Shown here: in pieces, positions 56,867 through 64,000 of the stretch
How positions within the stretch are numbered: position 1 is the stretch's first letter
How the letters are laid out: every line of letters begins with the position of its first letter
DNA from: Candidatus Latescibacterota bacterium
Lineage (GTDB): Bacteria > Latescibacterota > UBA2968 > GCA-2709665
Reading direction: 5' to 3'
NCBI GenBank assembly: GCA_963662665.2
Contig: CAXXJS010000053.1
Span: 1 to 64,000, forward strand
Length of the DNA stretch: 64,000 bases
Notes under the pieces: model-generated
What the model was told of the DNA's origin: nothing
The model's database searches: none
What the model saw: only the letters and a program-made list of their open reading frames with translations
Made by a program: the position numbers and the translations under genes

Positions 56867-59800
56867 CTAAGGCAGCGCGATTTTCCCCAGGTATTCCCTG
56901 AGCCTGGGGGGAACATGCTTTCGTATCAGGGTTTTCTCCAGCGTCCAGGCCGTTTCCGGATCGAGTTTCTTCTCGAAGTGAACTGATTTTCCTTCGTACC
57001 TCGCGACGGGTTCTCCATCGCGAAAGAGAATCCGGTTACCCGGAGTCGCGGGTATGCGTTTACCCGGCGTAACGACCCCCACAAGGTTGACCGGATCGCA
57101 AGCGCTGACCGATACGAGTTCGCCCCGTTTCTTTTCGCGCTTAAGCGACCGGATGACCGTGATCGCCTCCGGGAGCGCGTACTGCTCTCCCCATCTTTCC
57201 ACAAATCGGCCTCCCCGCACCTCGCCTCGGTCCTCCATCCTCCTCAAGACCCTTACCAGATCGCGCCACGGCGGTATCCCGTTCTCTCTGGCCAGTACCC
57301 GCCTGAACACAACCCCGTAACGTTTAAGCAGAATCCGCGCGCATTGTTCGATATCGGCCTGATCCTCGAATTCGGCGTCGATCACGGACCACCGGCCTGC
57401 CTGCTCCATACCAAAGACCGGTCCCCGATTCCGTCGGAACCGCACCTTGAATTTCTCGGGTATCAGAAGCGCCCGCAGACCTGCGAAGCTGTCGCACGTG
57501 AGCAATCCGCCCGCCACCAGTTCCGCGATGGCGCTCTCGATTTCGCTCCTGAGCATTTTCGACCTGGCAAGGACGTCGTGATAGAACAGCGCGCCGCCGG
57601 CTTTCAGACATTCGAGTACCGTTTGCGCGGACGGGGTCAGGACCGGCCCAGAGGACTCATGTGGGCGGAACGGCCAGGCCGGGAAGGTGGTTCGATTCAC
57701 CAGGGTGATCGGCGTGGTGCGAATTGGCGTGTTTCCCGCCTTGACGCTCTGTGTCCGGAGATAACGGCCCCACATGGTCTTCCCTGATAAGCAGCAGGTA
57801 TCCAGCCATACGTGGTCGTAGTCCTTGATGCGTGACGGCAGGACGTCGCTCTCCCACGCGATGGCGGGACAGGAATATCCGTCGAGTTGATCCAGAACTT
57901 CATTGAGCGCTTCGGGACCTTCCTTCCGGGTGCCCTCCGTCAGGCTGTGCCAGCGGAGCAGAAACCGCAAGTAATCCGACGAGGAAATGGGCTTGATCGC
58001 TCGCCGCAGCTTTTCGAGCGTATATCTGTGGATGCGCGCAAGCAGGCGGCGCTCGCACCATTCCGTTTCGGCATCGGAAGGCTGATCCGGGGAGAAGTGT
58101 CCCCTGATCGCAAAGCCTTCGGATTCCAGAGCGAGAAGGGCCTGGTCGATCCTCTCACTGGAGAGGCCCAGGTCCCCGGCGATCCCGGTCGCGGTTGTGG
58201 GACCCAGCAGTTCTATTCTGCCCCTGACCACGTCCGTGAGTACCTGTTCCGAATGTTCCGACGGGAATTCCCGGATGGTGTCGGGAACCGTCGTCCCGGC
58301 ACGTCCAACGGCTTCTCCATAAAGGAGTTCAAATTGCTGAATTCGTTCGATTGCGATCCAGAACCTGTGGCCGTCCTCCGGGTCGACGGGTACGGCCTGG
58401 CCGGACGCCACAAGCGTTTCCAGGTGTGGGCGCCACGTCCCGTTGCCGCCTTCCATCACTTCCGCGTCGGTCAGGAACCCGTGCATCACCAGAACGTCGT
58501 AAAGCTCGTCCGCGTCCGTAACCACGGGCCAGGCCTCCGCCTGCACCGCCTCGATCGCGCCTTTTTCAAGCTTGCCCAGCTTCCTGGCGTCTTCGGGTTC
58601 GAGCCATCTACGGGTTCTGACGGCCTGTACCCGCCTTTCCTCCAGGGGCGCGTCGTCGAGAAACGCATACGGCCGCGCGTTGAGAATGCCTTCGGACATC
58701 GGAGAGGGCTCGCGCAGGTCGCGGGCGGAGATTTCGATTTCACCGTTGTGAATCCTCTGGAGAAGACGTTCCAGGGCACCCACGTCCATCGCCTCGTACA
58801 AACAGTCATGAATAGTCTGGTACACCAGAGGATGGTCGGGCACCTCGCGGTCGCCAGGGATGTTTTCCAGGCAGGCGAGCTGATCGGGAAATATGAGCGC
58901 AAGCAGGTCTTCGGCGTCGGAACGCTGGATCTGGGGCGGAACGCGTTCTCCGCCCCTTCGCCTGAGTACGGCCAGCGCGGTGGAGGCGTTCCATCTCCAG
59001 CGCGCCTGGAACATCGGTGCATCCAGGAGGGCCTGTACGAGAACCTCCCGAACCGTCCGGTCGTTCAGATAATCCACCACTTCCTTGAGAGGGAAGCTGT
59101 GCGTGGGCCCGAGGGAAAGCACCAGACTCTCTTCGTTGGCCGCCGCCTGGAGTTCGAAATTGAACTTGCGGCAGAATCGTTTTCGAAGGGCGAGCCCCCA
59201 CGCCCGGTTCAACCGGTTTCCGAAAACCGAATGAATGACGAGGTGCTGGTCGCCAACCTCGTCGAAGAATCGCTCCAATACGATGTGCTTCTGAGATGGC
59301 ACGAGGTCCAGAGATGCCTTTGTGGCAGCGAGGTACGTCACCACCTGATCGGCCGCCTCCGCGCTTGCGCCGACGGATTCGGTCAGCCAGGCGACGGCGT
59401 CTCGTTTCCACTCGCCGGACCCGTCGTCATCGAGCACATCCAGGTCTACGCGTGCTGACACTTCTTCGCGGACGCGGGAGACTGCCGATGAGAGTTCCGC
59501 GGACCTGCCCGGAGCCTCGCCGATCCAGAACGGCATTGTGGGGGGAAGGCCGTCGGCGTCTTCGACGCGCACCTTTCCCGTTTCCACCTTGAGAATTCGC
59601 CAGGACGCCGTCCCCAGCTGGAAGATGTCACCCGGAAGGCTTTCTACTGCGAAGTCCTCGTGTACGGACCCGATCTGGACGCCAGACGGTTCGAGCCGGA
59701 CGTCGTAGTCGAACTGGTCGGGAATCGTTCCACCTGACACGGTCGCATTGAGGCGGGCGCCTTTCCGGGCCCTTAGTGTCTGAGTGACCGGATTGAAGTG

Positions 59801-61198
59801 GAGGTATGATCTTCGCGTGCCGCGCCTGAATGTGAACCCTTCAACGAGCATCTGGACGACGCCGTTGAATTCTTCAATGCTCAGGTCGCGGTAGATGTAC
59901 GACTTCCGTACGAGGTCGTAAAGGGCATCTGCGGTATCGTCCTCGCAGGCGACTTCCGCCACAACCTGCTGGGCGAGTACGTCCAGCGGTTTCTCGGGGA
60001 TCGGGAGCTTGTCCAGTTCTCCTCTGCGAACACTGTCCAGCAGCGCCACCGCTTCGACCAGTTCGTCCTTGGTGAGCGGAAATAACTTTCCCCTGGGCGT
60101 TCCCTCGAGGGTATGGCCGGATCGGCCAACGCGCTGGAGCAGCGTGGCAATTGACTTGGGCGACCCGATCTGAACGACCAGATCGATGGATCCTACGTCG
60201 ATGCCCAGTTCGAGAGATCCCGTGGCCACCAGGGCCCTTAGTGCGCCGGCCTTAAGCCTCGTCTCCGCATCTTGGCGTTTCTCGCGGGACATGCTCCCGT
60301 GGTGGGCGGAGACGACATCGGATCCCAGCCGGGAGGAAAGATGATGCGACAGGCGTTCGGTCATGGCGCGTGTGGGAACGAATATCAGCGTCGTCTGATG
60401 TTCGACGATCGTACTTTCCAAAGACCGATGGATCTCTTCCCAGACCTCGTTGGCCATCACCGCCGTGAGTGGGGACTCGGGTAATTCGATCTCGAGTTCA
60501 AGCTCGCGCCGGTGCCCGATGTTGAGGATCTTGCATGGATCCTGGTCGCCGGTGAGAAATCGCGCCATCCGCTCGATGGGTTTCTGGGTGGCGGAGATGC
60601 CGATCCGGTGGATGGGGTTCCGGCTGAGACGGGCGAGTCGCTCCATGGAAATGGAAAGGTGGGCGCCGCGTTTGTTACCGGCAACGGCGTGGATCTCATC
60701 CACGATAAGGGTGCCCGCGTTGCTCAACATTTCCCTTCCGCCGTTGCTTGTCAGCAGAAGGTAGAGGGATTCCGGCGTGGTCACCAGGACGTGGGGGGGC
60801 GTCCTGACCATTTTCGCCCGTTCCGTGGCCGGGGTGTCTCCGGTCCGGACCATCGCTCGTATGCCGGCGTGCGGATAACCGTGCTGTTCGAGGAGCGCCT
60901 TTATGCCTTTGAGAGGAACCTGCAGATTGCGATGGATGTCGTTGCTGAGCGCCTTCAGAGGCGATACATAGACGACCTGCGTCCGGTCCTCCAGCTTGCC
61001 ATTGAGACTACGCTCGAACAGATCGTTCAGGACGGCAAGAAATGCGGCGAGTGTTTTTCCGGACCCGGTCGGCGCCGACAGCAGGACGTTCCTTCCGTTC
61101 AGAATCTCAGGCCAGGCCAGCGACTGGATTTCCGAAGGGCCGTTGAAATTCTGATTAAACCACTGTTCGACAAGGGGATGGAAGCCTCTTAGGGACAT
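56867..61198 (-). CDS. lhr: Lhr-family DEAD/DEAH ATP-dependent helicase
   Basis: APTGSGKT, DEIH, SATQ, LELGID, QRVGRSGH, C-terminal LLKRYGVVFR...VRGGRFV. Confidence 0.93.
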   Translation of the reverse strand: MSLRGFHPLVEQWFNQNFNGPSEIQSLAWPEILNGRNVLLSAPTGSGKTLAAFLAVLNDLFERSLNGKLEDRTQVVYVSPLKALSNDIHRNLQVPLKGIKALLEQHGYPHAGIRAMVRTGDTPATERAKMVRTPPHVLVTTPESLYLLLTSNGGREMLSNAGTLIVDEIHAVAGNKRGAHLSISMERLARLSRNPIHRIGISATQKPIERMARFLTGDQDPCKILNIGHRRELELEIELPESPLTAVMANEVWEEIHRSLESTIVEHQTTLIFVPTRAMTERLSHHLSSRLGSDVVSAHHGSMSREKRQDAETRLKAGALRALVATGSLELGIDVGSIDLVVQIGSPKSIATLLQRVGRSGHTLEGTPRGKLFPLTKDELVEAVALLDSVRRGELDKLPIPEKPLDVLAQQVVAEVACEDDTADALYDLVRKSYIYRDLSIEEFNGVVQMLVEGFTFRRGTRRSYLHFNPVTQTLRARKGARLNATVSGGTIPDQFDYDVRLEPSGVQIGSVHEDFAVESLPGDIFQLGTASWRILKVETGKVRVEDADGLPPTMPFWIGEAPGRSAELSSAVSRVREEVSARVDLDVLDDDGSGEWKRDAVAWLTESVGASAEAADQVVTYLAATKASLDLVPSQKHIVLERFFDEVGDQHLVIHSVFGNRLNRAWGLALRKRFCRKFNFELQAAANEESLVLSLGPTHSFPLKEVVDYLNDRTVREVLVQALLDAPMFQARWRWNASTALAVLRRRGGERVPPQIQRSDAEDLLALIFPDQLACLENIPGDREVPDHPLVYQTIHDCLYEAMDVGALERLLQRIHNGEIEISARDLREPSPMSEGILNARPYAFLDDAPLEERRVQAVRTRRWLEPEDARKLGKLEKGAIEAVQAEAWPVVTDADELYDVLVMHGFLTDAEVMEGGNGTWRPHLETLVASGQAVPVDPEDGHRFWIAIERIQQFELLYGEAVGRAGTTVPDTIREFPSEHSEQVLTDVVRGRIELLGPTTATGIAGDLGLSSERIDQALLALESEGFAIRGHFSPDQPSDAETEWCERRLLARIHRYTLEKLRRAIKPISSSDYLRFLLRWHSLTEGTRKEGPEALNEVLDQLDGYSCPAIAWESDVLPSRIKDYDHVWLDTCCLSGKTMWGRYLRTQSVKAGNTPIRTTPITLVNRTTFPAWPFRPHESSGPVLTPSAQTVLECLKAGGALFYHDVLARSKMLRSEIESAIAELVAGGLLTCDSFAGLRALLIPEKFKVRFRRNRGPVFGMEQAGRWSVIDAEFEDQADIEQCARILLKRYGVVFRRVLARENGIPPWRDLVRVLRRMEDRGEVRGGRFVERWGEQYALPEAITVIRSLKREKKRGELVSVSACDPVNLVGVVTPGKRIPATPGNRILFRDGEPVARYEGKSVHFEKKLDPETAWTLEKTLIRKHVPPRLREYLGKIALP

Positions 61199-61441
61199 TC
61201 GTTTTCCTCATCCGGTGTCTGCGGACGCCGGGGCAGGATGTTCTGGCGGACATGGAAGGGGATCATCCGTTCACCAATATAACGAACAGCCACTCCATGC
61301 GCAAGACATTGGATTGCGATTTCCAATGCATCCCTGAACCGGCGCCTGGAACCTGTGGCCGTGAAGCTATACCCTGAGCCGCTCCCTGAACACTCGCCCT
61401 GTGCCTGTCGAAGGATGTCGAAGGCTTGGCGAAGGGTATCA

Positions 61442-62170
61442 TCACGGCCTGAACGCATCCCAGTGGGTGATCGAGTCCTGCCACGCCTCCCGTTCCGCCA
61501 TCGGCCGGTCGTGTGAACGGTCGAAATAGATCGCGTTCATGCCCAGCGATTCCGGCCCCAGAACGTCGTTGCGAAGATTGTCTCCGATAAACAGGACGTT
61601 GCCTGCACGGTCGTGGGTGAGACCGGCCCGGCGGAGCGCTTCGCGATAGATCTCGGCGCCGGGTTTCCTGAATCCGATTTCGGCGCTGTCCACGACGAAC
61701 TCGAAATCGCACAACAGTCCGTGAACGGCCAGCAGCCGTTCCGGCCATCCCGGCAGGTAGAAATTCGAGACGACTCCCATTGAAACTTTGCCGCGCCACG
61801 ACGCCAGCATCGCCTCGACCCCGGGGGTTGGCCGGACCTGCTTCGGATACGCCTTCTCGAATTCGTCAACCATTTCCTGTACAAGCCGATGAACGGGCTT
61901 TCGACCGGTCTTTCCCGAAGCCGCCAGAACATCTGTCAGACGGTCCGGGAGCAACACCTCCCTGGAGTTGTTTCCGGTCAACCGCGTTTTCCGCCAGCGC
62001 GAATACGCATTCACGAAGTCGCGCGTCGTGGCGAAGAATCCCTCCCGGACCGGCAAATCCAGAATCGAGCTCAATCCGGATTCGTCTCCGGTTTCGTCGA
62101 AATCGTCCAGGAGCGTATTGAAGCAATCGAAGAAGATCCAACCGGGTATGTGTTCGGGCATGGGGTCCAC
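61442..62170 (-). CDS. HAD-superfamily hydrolase
   Basis: FFDCFNTL, VSNF, RKP, FIGDNLRNDV. Confidence 0.88.
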   Translation of the reverse strand: MDPMPEHIPGWIFFDCFNTLLDDFDETGDESGLSSILDLPVREGFFATTRDFVNAYSRWRKTRLTGNNSREVLLPDRLTDVLAASGKTGRKPVHRLVQEMVDEFEKAYPKQVRPTPGVEAMLASWRGKVSMGVVSNFYLPGWPERLLAVHGLLCDFEFVVDSAEIGFRKPGAEIYREALRRAGLTHDRAGNVLFIGDNLRNDVLGPESLGMNAIYFDRSHDRPMAEREAWQDSITHWDAFRP

Positions 62171-62188
62171 GAATGGTTTCGCAGGGTT

Positions 62189-62941
62189 TCAGACATCACG
62201 GCCGGGATTCTCCAGCGTCCATTCCAGAACGGTATCGAGTCCGGCCAGATGCGCGGCCGTTCGCTGCGACATCGGCCAGGCCGTTGACGTCTCGAAGATG
62301 AGCACGTGGTCGGCGTGGTTGTGATATACGTATGGGACGACACCGCCGGTGCCCCACGACGGTGCGACCTGGTAGACGCCCCGGGATATGGGGATGTCGT
62401 TCTCGTCCTCCTCCCCATCCGGGTCGATTATGCCCACGCTTTCAACTGCCCGGATGACTGACGGTCCGGCCCACCGTTCATCGTGCCGGCCCTCGTACAT
62501 GTAGAAACCCGCAGCCTCCCAGTCCTCGTGGAAGTCCACGTAAAGGTCGAACCGCTTTCCGTTCAATATGCGCCTGACAATTTCCCCCTCGCGAACGCCG
62601 GCTTCCGAGAAGGACCGGTTGATATCCTGGCCCAGGCGGTTCTCTCTCTTATTGTGGACGTATCCCCAGGGATTGACGCAGGGCAGAACCAGAAACGAAA
62701 ACGACCGCAGCAGGTCGGCCGGGTTACGCTCGAGAAACGCGAGGACCGCTTCCGGCCCCGCCGGCTCGTCACCGTGGACGCCGCCGGAAAGAAGCACGCG
62801 TTTCCTGCCGCGCGGATCACCGCCCAGCCGGATACAATAGATGGGATAGTCGTCCACGAATCCGGCCGCCTCCATTTCCATGTCCGCCAGGTCCAGACCC
62901 TCCAGCCGCCGGGTCAAGCGGTTAGAATCATGGTCATTCAT
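62189..62941 (-). CDS. M14-family zinc metallocarboxypeptidase / succinylglutamate desuccinylase-like
   Basis: GGVHGDEPAG, VNPWGY, DINR, DFHED, FET. Confidence 0.85.
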   Translation of the reverse strand: MNDHDSNRLTRRLEGLDLADMEMEAAGFVDDYPIYCIRLGGDPRGRKRVLLSGGVHGDEPAGPEAVLAFLERNPADLLRSFSFLVLPCVNPWGYVHNKRENRLGQDINRSFSEAGVREGEIVRRILNGKRFDLYVDFHEDWEAAGFYMYEGRHDERWAGPSVIRAVESVGIIDPDGEEDENDIPISRGVYQVAPSWGTGGVVPYVYHNHADHVLIFETSTAWPMSQRTAAHLAGLDTVLEWTLENPGRDV

Positions 62942-62986
62942 CTTTGCAATTTCCGTGTTACCGTATGAATTCGTGTGTGGATATGA

Positions 62987-64000
62987 TCAGGCAAGGCTTC
63001 GGTAGCGATCCAATGCCTCTGCCCTCATGTCGCGGGAAACACACCCCGTGACCATCTTGAACGCACTATCCAAACCCCAGGCATATCCAATGTCAACGAT
63101 TGCTTCTCCAGATGCTTCAATTATTCTCCGAGTAGGAACTTTATTGCTGTTGGAAAGCTCGACCAGTTCATGAATGCGGTTACGGTCCGAGATCAGAACT
63201 GGCGCGCAGCATTCAATTGTCCTACCCAACATCAGCGTCGCCAGACGTGACGAATCCGTAGGAAGCTTGTCCCACACATTCCAGATTATCGGTTTGGAAT
63301 TTGCTTGTTTTGCTTGGTCTATAATGTGGAAACATTCCGCTGCATCAAGCATTCGTTCGTTTCGCACAACACCCAGGTAAACCGATCCCTGTTCGAACTC
63401 AAGAGTACATCCGGGATCGTCTACAGTCCTCCATCTGGACCCGCTGAACACAGCCGGTTGTCCATTGAGTTGCCGCACACGGATTGGCATCTTTGCATTC
63501 GGGTTTGGTGGATTCTGTGGTCTCGGTCTCGGCAGGTCATCGGCTTGTGGAATCCGATCCCACTCCAATTCTCCATCAAGTAACCCCAAAACGAGATCCA
63601 CAACGTAGATCGTCTCCGATTCGGTACATTTCGACAGTGGAAGTGCATTCGTAGTACCCACTTTTATTGCTGTGAGCTCGTTACCATCTGGAGAAAACGC
63701 AAATGGATGGGTTCTGGTCGTCCTCTGTTTGCTATCGTGGAGCGTACAGAGTGCGAACACGCGATTTTCGACCGCTCTTAGACGTAGAATCGATGACCAT
63801 TTGATGTCAACTACATTGTCGTAGCTTGGATTAATCCATATTTGGGCGCCGCTCCTGGAGAGAAATCGGGCGAGCAGGCCCAAGTATTGGTCGTGGCAAA
63901 TGGTCGAACCAGCCGTTACGCCGGCCAGATCGAAGGTTGGAAGCATCGAGTTCGGTGTCCAATCGGGTGTCTCAAATGCAACTGCGCATTCTGTCGAATG
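62987..64000 (-). CDS. Carbon-nitrogen hydrolase (nitrilase superfamily) domain protein with long C-terminal extension; 5' part outside window
   Basis: TICHD nucleophile motif, WINPS, RAVENR; lower GC than flanks. Confidence 0.6.
   Translation of the reverse strand, partial: HSTECAVAFETPDWTPNSMLPTFDLAGVTAGSTICHDQYLGLLARFLSRSGAQIWINPSYDNVVDIKWSSILRLRAVENRVFALCTLHDSKQRTTRTHPFAFSPDGNELTAIKVGTTNALPLSKCTESETIYVVDLVLGLLDGELEWDRIPQADDLPRPRPQNPPNPNAKMPIRVRQLNGQPAVFSGSRWRTVDDPGCTLEFEQGSVYLGVVRNERMLDAAECFHIIDQAKQANSKPIIWNVWDKLPTDSSRLATLMLGRTIECCAPVLISDRNRIHELVELSNSNKVPTRRIIEASGEAIVDIGYAWGLDSAFKMVTGCVSRDMRAEALDRYRSLA

Overview
GC-rich bacterial chromosomal window (diderm heterotroph rich in Gfo/Idh/MocA, sulfatase, heparinase-like and TonB genes; lineage cannot be fixed from sequence alone). 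Highlight: a co-directional four-gene cluster at 2-6250 (fatty acyl-CoA reductase, a novel two-domain acyltransferase, alkyl-DHAP synthase, DHRS7B-like SDR) that mirrors the eukaryotic peroxisomal ether-lipid pathway. Also present: bioAD, pgi-like and glcB, a three-subunit molybdenum hydroxylase, higBA, a four-gene cluster with two Omp85-barrel fusions (patatin; kinase-like) plus DUF4956-like and SdiA-regulated-like genes, a TPP-riboswitch-controlled thi operon, infA, a 2.4 kb lower-GC islet bounded by a ~440 bp duplication of a gluconolactonase 3' end, a TonB receptor and an Lhr helicase. Non-coding: a two-copy 191 bp MITE with CTAA target duplications, a three-copy ~130 bp element with heptamer-repeat arms, REP-like palindromes, and a candidate ~110 nt sRNA with its own sigma70-type promoter. 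Two genes carry +1 homopolymer frameshifts, possibly sequencing errors. No rRNA, tRNA or CRISPR array was recognised. All family calls come from motif recognition by eye, not database searches.
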